Notes: generated by a model not told the origin, from the sequence alone. Positions 18,782 to 29,065 are shown, numbered from the stretch's first letter. The stretch: 64,000 nt of DNA from Acidimicrobiales bacterium (GCA_052143575.1 JBKQSP010000043.1:88921-152920); one strand, 5' to 3'. Numbers and translations: made by a program.

Positions 18782-20578
18782 TCAGGCTGTCTCGGCTCGG
18801 CTTTGCACGATGCTGCTGCGGAGCACCGTCTTGAGGAGCTTGCCGGAGGCGTTCCTCGGAAGGGCTTCCTCGAGGATCGTGACGTGAGCCGGCACCTTGA
18901 AGTCCGCCAGCGTCTCGGCCACGAAGGCTCTCAGCTCATCGGGCGTTGCCTCCCGGCCCTCCTCGAAACGCACGATCGCCATCACCTCCTCGCCGAGAGC
19001 GGGGTGGGGAACGCCGACGACGGCGGCCTCTGCCACGGCGGGGTGCTCGACGAGGCGGTTTTCGATCTCGATGCAGTACACGTTCTCGCCACCGCGGATG
19101 ATCATGTCCTTGGCGCGGTCGGTGACATAGAGAAACCCGTCCTCGTCGAGGTGCCCAAGGTCGCCCGTCCGCAGCCAGCCGTTCTGGAGCACGGCCGACG
19201 TCTCCGCCGCCTTGTTCCAGTAGCCAGCCATGAGGATTGGCCCGCGCACGCAGATCTCGCCTGCCACCCCGGGCGGGCAGGCGACGGATGCTTCGATCTC
19301 CGACGTCGCTGTCATGGGATCCACGATCTTCAGCTCGACCACGGGCATGGGACGGCCGACCGAGTCGGGGCGCTCGCGCGCCTCGGCGCCGGTATTCACC
19401 GTGGCGACGGAGCTCGTCTCGGTGAGCCCGTAGGCATTCCCGATCGAGTTGACGTTGGGGAACGTCTCACGCACCATTCGCTGCAGCTCTCCAGCGGAAG
19501 GGGACCCTCCATAGGCGATCGACGTGACCGAGGAGAGGTCGTAGTCGTGGCGACGGGGGTCGTCGGCGACACGCCAGATCATGGTCGGGACGGCGGACCA
19601 GATCGCCACCCGCTCCCGCTCGATGGTGGCCATGACGGCCTCGGGGTCGAAGCGACCCGGCGGGATGACGAGCCGAATTCCTGCCGCCAACGAGACGACG
19701 AGGTTCGAGTGGCAACCCGAGACGTGAAACAACGGCGACGTCAACATCCCGACGGTCTGGCCGCCGTCATTCGTGGGAAGGACCGAACCTCCCTCCCCCG
19801 ATGCCATCGCCGCCATGGCGCCTTTCGCTCCGATGAAGAACGTGTTCTGCAGGTTGGCAAGCATGCTGCGGTGCGTCGAGACGGCGCCCTTGGAACGCCC
19901 CGTCGTGCCGCTCGTGTAGAAGATGACGGCCGAGTCGTCCTCGGTGAGCGGCGTCTCCCACGGATCGCCCTCAGCAGCATCTGCGGCGTCTCCGGCCGCC
20001 TCGCCAGGGAACAGCTCGGCGGCGGGACGCAGCTCGACACTGCCCCCCGGCGCCGGAACACCGGCCACGTCCGCCCCGACGAGGTACACGACCCGCAGCT
20101 CGCTCAGCTCCCCCAGCTGCCCGGCGATCCGTTCGTAACGGCCGCGGTCTGCCACGAGGACGCTCGCTCCGCTGTCGCCCAGGCCGTAGAGGATCTCGTC
20201 CGCTTTCCACCAGCCGTTCAGCCCCACGAGCACCCCGCCCATGGGGACGACCGACCAGAACGCCAGGCACCACTCCGGACAGTTGGCAGCCAGGACGGCG
20301 ACACGATCGCCGGCCCTCACGTGCGCAGGGCCGGCGGCGAGACGGCGAGAGCCTGCCCGCGCCTGCGCGACGAAGGCGGGAAAGCTGATCCGGCGATCGC
20401 CGTACACGAGAAACGTCTCATCCGCCCCCCGGCGCCCCGCCCCCACGGCGACCTCACGCAAGGAGGCGAGCCGATTGCGGTACACCTTCATCTCGACCCC
20501 GCCGACGTCCTGGCGGACGACCTCGAACATGGCGCCCGGCGCCGTCAGTTGCTCCTCGATCTGCCGAGTGTCGGTCAC
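18782..20578 (-). CDS. Class I adenylate-forming enzyme (acyl-CoA ligase)
   Basis: YTSGTTGRSKG, YGLTET, GWLRTGDLG, RGGENVY and NASGK motifs. Confidence 0.92.
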   Translation of the reverse strand: MTDTRQIEEQLTAPGAMFEVVRQDVGGVEMKVYRNRLASLREVAVGAGRRGADETFLVYGDRRISFPAFVAQARAGSRRLAAGPAHVRAGDRVAVLAANCPEWCLAFWSVVPMGGVLVGLNGWWKADEILYGLGDSGASVLVADRGRYERIAGQLGELSELRVVYLVGADVAGVPAPGGSVELRPAAELFPGEAAGDAADAAEGDPWETPLTEDDSAVIFYTSGTTGRSKGAVSTHRSMLANLQNTFFIGAKGAMAAMASGEGGSVLPTNDGGQTVGMLTSPLFHVSGCHSNLVVSLAAGIRLVIPPGRFDPEAVMATIERERVAIWSAVPTMIWRVADDPRRHDYDLSSVTSIAYGGSPSAGELQRMVRETFPNVNSIGNAYGLTETSSVATVNTGAEARERPDSVGRPMPVVELKIVDPMTATSEIEASVACPPGVAGEICVRGPILMAGYWNKAAETSAVLQNGWLRTGDLGHLDEDGFLYVTDRAKDMIIRGGENVYCIEIENRLVEHPAVAEAAVVGVPHPALGEEVMAIVRFEEGREATPDELRAFVAETLADFKVPAHVTILEEALPRNASGKLLKTVLRSSIVQSRAETA

Positions 20579-20689
20579 GGTGTCGGAGCCATTTCACGGT
20601 GGAGCTCCTCATTCGACATGGTGCCGGACTGTAGTTCGACGGGCGACAGCCCGGCGCCAGCCGGTCGGCGACGCCGTCCGGGTCAGCGG

Positions 20690-21433
20690 TCAGAAGACGC
20701 GCAGCCGGCGGGCAATTGCGAGGGCGGATTCGTCACCTACTGCTTGGGCGCCCGCTGCCTCCCAGGTGGCACGCTGGGTCACCCAGCGGACAAAGGCGGA
20801 GGACGACGACCTGACCTCGCCGACGGTGTCGCCCGCCCCGAGGCGGATCGTGCGGCCGCCCGGACCGTGCACGACAATGTCGAGCGCCCCGTCGAGGGAC
20901 CCCAGCACCCCGGCGTTCTGCTGGCTGATGGCTGCCTCGATCCAGTCGATAGCAGGAGCAAGGCGTAGCTCGTCGGATTCCGGCGGTTCGCCGCCGAGCG
21001 GCCCCCGGGGGGCAAACAGGTCAGCCCGGATGTGGGTGTAATGGTCGAAGGCGTACGCAGAGGGCAAGACGGAGAGCGCGTACGTGCCGAGGTCGCCGAG
21101 CGGCAATTCGTACTCCTGGCCGTCGAAGCCCGCCAAGACGCCGAGGGCGTCCGAGCTGACGGACTCGTAATCGGAGAGGACCTCTGCCGAGCTCCACGAG
21201 CGACGGGACTCGACGGCGATGTTCTGTGCCCGCTCGGTCGGCAAGCCGGCCGTATCCGGAAGTCTGGACGGGTCGACGAGAATGGCGAACAACGCTCCCA
21301 TGTGAGCGACGACGTCCTGCACGGACCATCCGGCACAACCGCTCTCCGACGCCCATTCCTCGGCGCTCAGCCCCGCGCAGATCTCGAGCAGAGCGGCCCG
21401 GTCTGCCCGCAACGCCTCAACCGCTGTGCTCAT
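20690..21433 (-). CDS. Maleylpyruvate isomerase family mycothiol-dependent enzyme (MDMPI_N/DinB-like)
   Basis: SGCAGWSVQDVVAHM and DHYTHIRAD metal motifs. Confidence 0.8.
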   Translation of the reverse strand: MSTAVEALRADRAALLEICAGLSAEEWASESGCAGWSVQDVVAHMGALFAILVDPSRLPDTAGLPTERAQNIAVESRRSWSSAEVLSDYESVSSDALGVLAGFDGQEYELPLGDLGTYALSVLPSAYAFDHYTHIRADLFAPRGPLGGEPPESDELRLAPAIDWIEAAISQQNAGVLGSLDGALDIVVHGPGGRTIRLGAGDTVGEVRSSSSAFVRWVTQRATWEAAGAQAVGDESALAIARRLRVF

Positions 21434-21538
21434 CCCAACCACCCGCTCTCGTTCCATAGCAAAAATATGTTAGATTTGATCACTATCTCAGAACCCTCCA
21501 TGCGTGTCAAGCTGCCGCCGGCGCGCTACACAGAGACC

Positions 21539-22171
21539 ATGGCCGACGCCCCGGACCCCGGCGAGCACCCTCCCTCGCTGCGCGACGAGCAGGTGCGACA
21601 GACTCGAGCCGCCCTCGTGGCCGCAGGTCGCCGCCTCTTCGGGCGCGACGGCTTCGCAGCCACCTCGGTCGAGGATCTCGCCCGTGCTGCTCGCGTCACG
21701 ACGGGCGCCCTGTACCACCACTTCCCCACGAAGGCCGCCCTCTTCGAGACCGTCTTCGAAGAGATCCATCTGGAGCTGCTGGCAGCTTCGGGCGCTGCGC
21801 TCGGAGAAAGCCTCGGGACGATCGAGGTGCTGGCGCGAGGCGGGGAGGCGTTTCTCGATGCGGTGCTTGCTCCCGACCTACAGCGCATCGTGATCATCGA
21901 CGCGCCGGCTGTGCTCGGCTTGGCGCGCTTCACCGAGCTGGACGAGCGCTATGCAGTCGTTGCGATCGTTGCGGCCCTGCAGGGGGCGGTGGCAGCCGGC
22001 GAGATCGCCGTCGACGATCCGGAGACCCTCGCTCGCCTCTTCCTCGGCATCTTGACCCGCGGCGCCATGTTGATCGCCAACTCAGCCGAGCCGTCAGCCA
22101 CGCGCCATGCCGTTGCCCGAGCCCTGCGGGTGCTCCTCGCCGGCCTCGCGGCGGGCAGCAATCCACGCTGA
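21539..22171 (+). CDS. TetR/AcrR family transcriptional regulator
   Basis: LFGRDGFAATSVEDLARAARVTTGALYHHFPTK HTH. Confidence 0.92.
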   Translation: MADAPDPGEHPPSLRDEQVRQTRAALVAAGRRLFGRDGFAATSVEDLARAARVTTGALYHHFPTKAALFETVFEEIHLELLAASGAALGESLGTIEVLARGGEAFLDAVLAPDLQRIVIIDAPAVLGLARFTELDERYAVVAIVAALQGAVAAGEIAVDDPETLARLFLGILTRGAMLIANSAEPSATRHAVARALRVLLAGLAAGSNPR

Positions 22172-22232
22172 TTGACTGCCTCGCATCGGGTGTCGCGCAA
22201 GGGCGGCGGGCCACGGCACCGACGTCAGCGAT

Positions 22233-23117
22233 TCAGATGCGCTCGAGCAGATCGCCGTCGAAGATCGGCTCGATGCCGAGCCTGGCGACGTCCTCGGCCA
22301 GTTCCTCGGCTGACGGCGCGCCCAGATCGCGCAGGGCGGAAGCCGCCGCCAGGATCGGCCGCAACAGACGGGCGTCGCTCGAAGTATTGAGGAACAGCTG
22401 GCCGTTCGACAGCACGAACCGCACCGCCCGCCCGAGGGCGGCCGCGTCCTCCGTCGGCTTGTACCAGCTGAACCGCGGGCCTGCGTCGTCCTCGCTCCAA
22501 CGCCGGCGGGCGATGGACTTGATCGTCTGCACGGCGACACCCCGATCGGCGCACACGGCCAGCAGCGCCTCCACGTCCCGGCGGTAGCCGTCGTCCTGCA
22601 GGAGGACGAAGCTGTACGGCAGCAGCACGGTGTCGAGATCGGCTCGTTGCAGGCTGCGCAGGTGCATGGAGGCGATGCGCAACCCGTGCCCGGTGACGCC
22701 GACGTGGCGGACGAGACCCTCCTCCCGCGCCCGCATGAGTGCCTCGACGGCACCGCCCGGCCCGTGCGCCACCTCCCACTCGTCCTCCTCGACGAGGTTG
22801 TGGAGCTGGATGAGATCGACGTGGTCGACGCCGAGGCGCTCGAGGGAGCGCTCGAGGCTGGCGCGAGCGGCTTCGCCGGTGCGGTCGCCCGTCTTCGTTG
22901 CCAGGAAGAACCCGCCCCGGTGCCGTGCCATCCACGGGGCGAGGCGCAGCTCGGAGTCTCCGTAGTCGGCGGCCGTGTCGATGTGGTTGACGCCGAATTC
23001 GAGCAGCGTCGGGAGCAACTCGTCGGCCCGCTCCTGGCGCATGCGGGCGAGCGCGGCTGCTCCGAAGATGACGCGACTGCTGTCGTGCCCGGTGCGGCCG
23101 AACGGTGCGGTGTCGAT
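22233..23117 (-). CDS. Aldo/keto reductase; the conserved N-terminus begins at an ATC codon
   Basis: GVNHIDTAADYG, LATKT and DLIQLH. The in-frame upstream sequence IDTAPFGRTGHDSSRVIFGAAAL extends beyond the track ORF (23042). Confidence 0.8.
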   Translation of the reverse strand: MDTAPFGRTGHDSSRVIFGAAALARMRQERADELLPTLLEFGVNHIDTAADYGDSELRLAPWMARHRGGFFLATKTGDRTGEAARASLERSLERLGVDHVDLIQLHNLVEEDEWEVAHGPGGAVEALMRAREEGLVRHVGVTGHGLRIASMHLRSLQRADLDTVLLPYSFVLLQDDGYRRDVEALLAVCADRGVAVQTIKSIARRRWSEDDAGPRFSWYKPTEDAAALGRAVRFVLSNGQLFLNTSSDARLLRPILAAASALRDLGAPSAEELAEDVARLGIEPIFDGDLLERI

Positions 23118-23246
23118 TCGCCCAGGCTATCTGGGCGTCCCGTCGGCGGCTGTGTCACCTCGGTCAGCTGCTTCCTGTCAGCGCGAGCGCCAGCGGCAAA
23201 ACGCCGGGTGGTAGCGTCCGATCGTCTCGAAAAGGGGGGCACGGAC

Positions 23247-24452
23247 ATGGCGCGGCGGACAGCACCGGTCGATGACTGGTCACGGGATTTCGATGTCCTC
23301 GACGCGGGGTACATCGAGAACCCCTTCACGATCTGGGACGAGCTGCGGCAGACCTGCCCGATCGCTCACACCGATCGGCGCGGCTCGACCTGGTTGCCGA
23401 CGCGCTACGAGGACATCACGGCCATGGCTCACGACATCGAGTCGTTCAGCTCGCTCGAAGTCGGGGTCATCGCCGTCGAGGGTGAGGAACCGGAGGAGAA
23501 CCTGCTGCCCTACGGGTTGCCACCCATCTCGGTCGACCCGCCCGTGCACACCTGGACGAGGCGGCTACTACTCCCGTGGTTCTCCCACCGCCGCGTGGAG
23601 AGCTACGAGGCAATGACGCGCGACCTGTGCGTCGGCCTCGTCGACTCCTTCCTCGCCAACGGCCACGCCGACGCTGCCGAGAATTACGCCCAGCAGATCC
23701 CCGTCCGAGTCATCGCCCACATCCTCGGCGTGCCGGCTGATCTCGCCGACACCTTCACCGGTTGGGTGCGTGACTTCCTCGAGTTCGCAGACGACGAGGA
23801 GCGTCGCATGAAGGCGGCGGAAGGCCTCTTCACCTATTTCGTGGCTGAGCTGGCGAGCCGCCGCGAGCACCCAGGGACCGACCTGCTGAGCGAGCTGCTG
23901 CGAGCCGAGGAAGGCGGGGCGCCGGTCGAGGACAGCATCATCCTCGGGATGGCCGGCCTCGTGCTCGTGGCCGGCGTGGACACGACCTGGAGCGCCATCG
24001 GATCCTCGCTCTGGCACCTCGCCACGCACGAGGCGGATCGCGAGCGGCTCGCTGCCGAACCCGAGCTCCTGCCGGTCGCCATCGAGGAACTGCTGCGGGC
24101 GTACTCGCCCGTCACGATGGCGCGCCTCGTCACGGCCGACGTCGACTTCAAGGGCTGCCCCATGAAAGCAGGCGACAAGCTCCTCATGAGCTTCCCGGCG
24201 GCGAACCGTGATCCCGCCGTCTTCGCGGATGCCGACAGGGTCATCCTCGATCGCCAGCACAACCGCCACGTCGCCTTCGGCTCCGGCATCCACCGCTGCG
24301 CCGGATCCAACCTCGCCCGCATGGAGCTGAAAGTGGCGCTACAGGAGTGGCTGCGGCGCATCCCGGAGTTTCGTCTCGCTGAGGGCGCCGAGGTCATGTG
24401 GGCAGGCGGCCAAGTGCGAGGCCCCCGGGTGCTGCCGGTCGTGTTCTCGTGA
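23247..24452 (+). CDS. Cytochrome P450
   Basis: AGVDTT I-helix, EELLR (ExxR) and FGSGIHRCAG heme motif. Confidence 0.96.
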   Translation: MARRTAPVDDWSRDFDVLDAGYIENPFTIWDELRQTCPIAHTDRRGSTWLPTRYEDITAMAHDIESFSSLEVGVIAVEGEEPEENLLPYGLPPISVDPPVHTWTRRLLLPWFSHRRVESYEAMTRDLCVGLVDSFLANGHADAAENYAQQIPVRVIAHILGVPADLADTFTGWVRDFLEFADDEERRMKAAEGLFTYFVAELASRREHPGTDLLSELLRAEEGGAPVEDSIILGMAGLVLVAGVDTTWSAIGSSLWHLATHEADRERLAAEPELLPVAIEELLRAYSPVTMARLVTADVDFKGCPMKAGDKLLMSFPAANRDPAVFADADRVILDRQHNRHVAFGSGIHRCAGSNLARMELKVALQEWLRRIPEFRLAEGAEVMWAGGQVRGPRVLPVVFS

Positions 24453-24646
24453 GGATTCGAGTCGACCCCGACAAGTGCCAGGGCCACGCCCGTTGTTACG
24501 CCCTCGTGCCTGAGCTCTTCTCCGTGGACGACTACGGCCTCAGCTCGGTCGTCGGCGACGGATCGGTGCCGCACCAGCTCGAGGACAAGGCGCGCCTCGC
24601 CGTTGCCAACTGTCCCGAGTACGCCATCGAAGAGGTCACGGACTGA
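24449..24646 (+). CDS. Ferredoxin (CxxHxxC...CP, 3Fe-4S type)
   Basis: CQGHARC and NCPE; GTGA overlap with the P450 stop. Confidence 0.92.
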   Translation: MRIRVDPDKCQGHARCYALVPELFSVDDYGLSSVVGDGSVPHQLEDKARLAVANCPEYAIEEVTD

Positions 24647-24682
24647 GGCCAGGCGGTGCCGGGCGGCGCCGTCTTTGCCAAC

Positions 24683-24741
24683 TTGACGGGGCAGACCGTC
24701 GTCGGTCATTATTTGAGCGATTGCTTAAGTTATTCGCTTAA
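24683..24741 (+). promoter_or_regulatory. Putative promoter and TetR operator
   Basis: TTGACG-N18-CATTAT, followed by the imperfect palindromes TTGAGCGATTGCTTAA and TTAAGTTATTCGCTTAA in an AT-rich patch just before a tetR gene. Confidence 0.55.
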
Positions 24742-24767
24742 CCACTTGACGAGCGGGAAGGCCCCAG

Positions 24768-25442
24768 ATGGCAAAGCCAGGCAGCACGAGCCAGCTGGGC
24801 GAGCGCTCCGGACCTGCTGGCGCCGCCACCCGGTCGGCCCTGACTGCAGCGGCGGTGAGAGCGCTGCAAGAGGAGGGCTTCGCCGGGGCAAGCGCGCGGG
24901 CGATCGCCCGTAACGCCGGCTGCAACCAGGCGCTCGTCTTCTACCACTTCGGCTCCGTCGTGAACCTCCTGTTGTCGGCCCTTGACGAGACAAGCCGGCG
25001 TCGCATGGAGCGGTACACCGAGGCTGCCGAGTCGGCCGCCGGTGTGAGGGAACTCGTGGACGTGGCTGCCGAGATCTTTCGCCAGGACCTCGATGACGGT
25101 CACCTCTCCGTCCTCGCCGAGATGATCGCCGGCTCCTCCTCGGTACCCGGCCTCGGCCCCGAAGTGGCGGACCGGATCGCCCCCTGGATGTCGTTCGCCG
25201 AAGGTGCCGTCAGCCGGGCTCTGGAGGGCAGCCCGATGGCGGCCATGGTGCCCGTCGCCGACATCGCCTACGCCGTCGTCGCCCTCTACCTCGGCGTCGA
25301 GATGTTGGCGCATCTGGACGGCGACCGCTCGCGGGCGGAGGCACTCTTCGCGAGCGCCAAGCAGCTTGCCGGCCTCGCCGCTCTCGCCGGGCTCGTCACA
25401 AGCGACGAAGTCGCCTCACCGCACACAGGAAGGAACCTCTGA
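24768..25442 (+). CDS. TetR/AcrR family transcriptional regulator
   Basis: GFAGASARAIARNAGCNQALVFYHFGS HTH. Confidence 0.9.
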   Translation: MAKPGSTSQLGERSGPAGAATRSALTAAAVRALQEEGFAGASARAIARNAGCNQALVFYHFGSVVNLLLSALDETSRRRMERYTEAAESAAGVRELVDVAAEIFRQDLDDGHLSVLAEMIAGSSSVPGLGPEVADRIAPWMSFAEGAVSRALEGSPMAAMVPVADIAYAVVALYLGVEMLAHLDGDRSRAEALFASAKQLAGLAALAGLVTSDEVASPHTGRNL

Positions 25443-25444
25443 AG

Positions 25445-26479
25445 ATGGCTGCAACCGAGCCCCAGCCGACCGCGCCGGCATCGAGTGCCTCCCGCAGCAC
25501 GGCCCCGAACGAAGCGGGCCGCGACAGCGGGCTCGACGTCGTCACGGGTGCCTTCAGCTACTCCGGTCAGGCGATCGCCGCCGAGCTCGCACGACGAGGA
25601 AGGCGTATCCGAACGCTCACCGGGCACCCGGAGCGGGCGGACAACGGCCCGCGCAGCCGAGGTGACATCGAGGTGGCGCCGCTCGACTTCCGGGACCCCG
25701 CCAAGCTCGCCGCCAGCTTGGAGGGAGCGAGCACGCTGTACAACACCTACTGGGTGCGCTTTGCACGCGGAGGCGTCACGCACGAGGCGGCCGTCGCCAA
25801 CTCTCGAGCGCTCTTCCACGCCGCCCAGCGCGCCGGTGTCACCCGCGTTGTGCACGTCAGCATCACGAACCCGAGCTCCGAGTCGACTGACTCGTACTTC
25901 AGGGGGAAGGCCCTCGTCGAGCAATCCCTCGCCGAGACGGACATGTCGTATGCCATCGTGCGTCCGGCGATCCTGTTCGGCGGTAACGGGGTCCTCGTCA
26001 ACAACATCGCCTGGCTGCTCCGCCGGTTCCCCGTGTTCGCCATCGCCGGTGACGGCCAGTATCGGATTCGCCCCATCCACGTCGACGATCTGGCGCGCCT
26101 GTGCGTCGATGCCGGCATGCCGGACGCCGAGGGCGAGCGCAAGGCGGACCTCGTCATGGACGCCGTCGGTCCGGAGCGGCCGACCTTCGACGAGCTCGTG
26201 GACTGGGTCGCCGAGGCAGTCGGCGCTCGCTCACGCATCGTCCACGTCCCCGCCGCCGTTGTTGCGCCCATCTCGGCCGTGCTCGGCAGGATCGTGCACG
26301 ACGTCCTCCTCACGCGCGACGAGCTCGGCTCGATGATGCAGGGGCGGGCGGACACCGACGGCGAGGCGACCGGTCACATCTGCGTCTCACAATGGATCGC
26401 CGAGCACGCCGACGAGCTCGGTCGGCGATATGCCAACGAGATCGAGCGCCACTTCCGATCGCCGGCCCGCAGGCCGTGA
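25445..26479 (+). CDS. NAD(P)-binding atypical SDR/epimerase family protein
   Basis: VVTGAFSYSG Rossmann variant, YFRGK (YxxxK) and PIHVDDLA. Confidence 0.82.
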   Translation: MAATEPQPTAPASSASRSTAPNEAGRDSGLDVVTGAFSYSGQAIAAELARRGRRIRTLTGHPERADNGPRSRGDIEVAPLDFRDPAKLAASLEGASTLYNTYWVRFARGGVTHEAAVANSRALFHAAQRAGVTRVVHVSITNPSSESTDSYFRGKALVEQSLAETDMSYAIVRPAILFGGNGVLVNNIAWLLRRFPVFAIAGDGQYRIRPIHVDDLARLCVDAGMPDAEGERKADLVMDAVGPERPTFDELVDWVAEAVGARSRIVHVPAAVVAPISAVLGRIVHDVLLTRDELGSMMQGRADTDGEATGHICVSQWIAEHADELGRRYANEIERHFRSPARRP

Positions 26480-26510
26480 TCGCCCGGGCCCTGCAACCGC
26501 TGATCGCCGT

Positions 26511-27728
26511 CTAGTCCCTGCCCTCGCCCGGGCCTTCTCCGAGCTCGTCTGGCCCCGGTGCATGGTCAGGGACGACGAAGCGAGTCGGGACGTTGCCGGT
26601 TCGCGCCAACCAGGCATATTCCCAGGCCGTCAACTGAGAAACCGGCATCTCAGAGCGGGCACGCCCAGCCCCTCCGGCGGCGGCGGCGCGGGCGGCCACC
26701 GACGCCGGCGAACGGGAACCGGGGGGGATGGGGCCGCCCAGCCCGCTCGAGTCCGCCCCTGCACGATCACGCGACGCCCCCGAGGGCTCGCCGCCGAGAC
26801 GGCCACCCGAGTCGACCTCGAGCCCGAGGTCGAGGCCCGCCAGCCCGTCGAGGCGGTCGCCGCCACCTGACCACATACCCACGAGGGAAACGGCTCCCCC
26901 ACCACGGGCGTCGGCACGCACGGCCACTCGCTGCTCGGAGTGCATCCACTGCAAGTAGATCGGCACGAAGGCACCGAGGGTGACGACCTCGGTCGCCGCC
27001 CACAAGATGCCACCGCCCGTCCTCGAGCTCGAAAGCGTGTACATCGATGCCAGCGGTTTGTGGCTGTTGAGGATGGCCACACCCAGGAACGCCTCGACCC
27101 CGGATCCGAGCAGGATGTTGAGCATCCGCGCCGGGTAGCTCATCCTCCAGTGGATGATCGGGTCGATCCCCACCATCGGCCACCAGAACAGCGTCGCTCC
27201 GAAGAGGAAGCCGATGTTGATGAGATCCATCAACCACATGTGCAACATGGCGTAATTCAGCAGCGGCGTAAGGAAGAAGATGAACATGGCGCCGTAGTAG
27301 AGGGCCCACACGACGACGGGATGACTGATGACGGCGAAGGGCTTCGACCGCAGCACTTCGAGCCACCGCTGCTTCAGGTGGCGGCTGCCTGTCTGCAGCA
27401 GCAGCGTCGAGGGTGCCCCGAGGGCGAGCAGCGGCGGGCCGACGACCATGAGGAGCAGGTGCTGCAGGACATGAGCCTGGAAGTAGGAACCCGTCATGGC
27501 CGCCACGGGAGACTGCAGGGCGAGATCGATGGACACGAGGCCCAACATGAACGACGCCGTCCGCCAACCGCTCCAGCGCCGGCCGCGGGCAGCCAGTTTC
27601 CAGTCGGCCCGCAGGTACCAGACGGCGACGGCCACGAGCACCACGACGACACCGACTGGAAATGCGCTGTACTCCCATTGCGTGAGGGCGTTGTGCACGG
27701 AGAAGCCGACATGGGCCATCCCAGGCAT
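26511..27728 (-). CDS. ctaG: Cytochrome c oxidase assembly protein, Caa3_CtaG family, with low-complexity C-terminal tail
   Basis: FQAHVLQHLLLMVVGPPLLALGAP, LFWWPMVGIDP and GGGILW motifs. Confidence 0.8.
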   Translation of the reverse strand: MPGMAHVGFSVHNALTQWEYSAFPVGVVVVLVAVAVWYLRADWKLAARGRRWSGWRTASFMLGLVSIDLALQSPVAAMTGSYFQAHVLQHLLLMVVGPPLLALGAPSTLLLQTGSRHLKQRWLEVLRSKPFAVISHPVVVWALYYGAMFIFFLTPLLNYAMLHMWLMDLINIGFLFGATLFWWPMVGIDPIIHWRMSYPARMLNILLGSGVEAFLGVAILNSHKPLASMYTLSSSRTGGGILWAATEVVTLGAFVPIYLQWMHSEQRVAVRADARGGGAVSLVGMWSGGGDRLDGLAGLDLGLEVDSGGRLGGEPSGASRDRAGADSSGLGGPIPPGSRSPASVAARAAAAGGAGRARSEMPVSQLTAWEYAWLARTGNVPTRFVVPDHAPGPDELGEGPGEGRD

Positions 27729-27823
27729 ACGCCCAGTGTTCTACCCTCCGGCGAAAATCACAACCGCGGCAACGGCGCCACCGAGCCTCGGTGCCGGCCG
27801 GGCGGCCGGCCGCCCGGCACCCG

Positions 27824-29065
27824 TTAGGTGGGAACCCTGATCACCTGCACGGCAGACCACGCACCGGAGCGGCCGAGGACGGAGACGGTGAGCGTCGCTC
27901 CCTCGACGGCGAGGCTCTCGGTCTTTCCGGCGACCTCGAGCACGAGCGTCGCCGTGCCGGCCGGTAGCGCCGGCAGCTCGTTCCAGCTCGATCCGGCCGC
28001 CCCGAGCACGTCAGCGGTCACGGAACCGCCGCTGTGGGACATCACGACGAAGCTCGATCCGTCCGGGGCAACGCCGGTTGCCATCAGCCGCTCCGAGGGT
28101 GCGACGTCGTAGGCAGGCGACGACGACCAGCTCCCCGAGGCGCTGCGGGACAGTCGCAAGACGGTGGCGGTTCCGTCCCTGGCGACCGACTCGATCAGCG
28201 CCACGAGCTGACCGGCGTCGCTCGAGAGTTGCAGGACCTCGCTGATGAGCGATTGGGCGGAGGCGGCACCGCCGGTAGCTGACGAGCCCCTCCTCGTCGT
28301 GATGCCCCCCGCCACGGCAGCGGCCGGCAGCAGTGGGCCCACCAGCTCCCAGCCCGTACCGACCTGCTCGAAGATGCCAACTCGAGCAGACCCGTAGCAC
28401 CGGCCACCCACCATCGGCTGGCCGGCGGGTCCATAGGCGACGGCCGTGAGCGCCGTCAGATCGCACGAGCCGCCGCCGGCGGCGGCAACGGCGAGGCGGG
28501 AGGTGAGCACACTCGTCGTCACGGCGTTGTCGCCGCTCTCGACGATGGTTGATCCGCTCTGCCCGAGGAGCGCCAGGATCCCTCCGCCGCCTGTCGCCGC
28601 CAGGGCGTCGGGCACGGGGGCGAGCTCAGTCGGGAGGATTCCGGGCGACCACTCGAGACCGCCATCGTGGGTCGTGGCAACCGGGGAGAAGGCCAGCAGG
28701 CCACTCGCCTCGATGCCGACGACGGCCCCCGTCGGCAGGAAGGAGCCGACGAGCCCTCCCTCGTCAGCCACCCCCGGCGGCGTCACGCGCGACCAGGACG
28801 CCTGCGGCCCCCCGAGTGCGAAGAGCTGCCAGGAGGGAGCCGCCGAGTCGCCGAAGGGCACGATCGCCCACGCCGAGGCGCCGGAGGCGGAAGCGGCCAG
28901 GGCACTCGGCCCGGCTGCCTCGGCCGAGGTGGCCAACGGAATCTCGAGTGCAACCGATTGGGGGGCGGTTGGACGCTCCGCTCCCACCGCTGAGCTGCAC
29001 CCACCCAAAACGATGCCGGTGATCAGGACCGACAGGACCGAGCTGGCGGTGGCCCGCTGCCTCAC
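27824..29065 (-). CDS. Hypothetical lipoprotein, beta-rich
   Basis: Lipobox-like VLGG-C-SS; the GTG start overlaps the stop of the SCO-fusion gene. Confidence 0.65.
   Translation of the reverse strand: MRQRATASSVLSVLITGIVLGGCSSAVGAERPTAPQSVALEIPLATSAEAAGPSALAASASGASAWAIVPFGDSAAPSWQLFALGGPQASWSRVTPPGVADEGGLVGSFLPTGAVVGIEASGLLAFSPVATTHDGGLEWSPGILPTELAPVPDALAATGGGGILALLGQSGSTIVESGDNAVTTSVLTSRLAVAAAGGGSCDLTALTAVAYGPAGQPMVGGRCYGSARVGIFEQVGTGWELVGPLLPAAAVAGGITTRRGSSATGGAASAQSLISEVLQLSSDAGQLVALIESVARDGTATVLRLSRSASGSWSSSPAYDVAPSERLMATGVAPDGSSFVVMSHSGGSVTADVLGAAGSSWNELPALPAGTATLVLEVAGKTESLAVEGATLTVSVLGRSGAWSAVQVIRVPT

Noticed and set aside
18038-20968. 976-aa plus-strand ORF and similar long ORFs (2779..4542, 14463..16088, 29164..30804, 52634..54379, 60931..63249, 62004..63944)
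   Set aside because: Antisense or alternate-frame shadows of well-supported genes. They are Arg/Pro/Ala-rich with no motifs, as expected in very high-GC DNA.
27789-27821. GC palindrome GCCGGGCGGCCGGCCGCCCGGC as a mobile or REP element
   Set aside because: Single copy in the window; probably a terminator or stability hairpin, or a chance match in GC-rich DNA.
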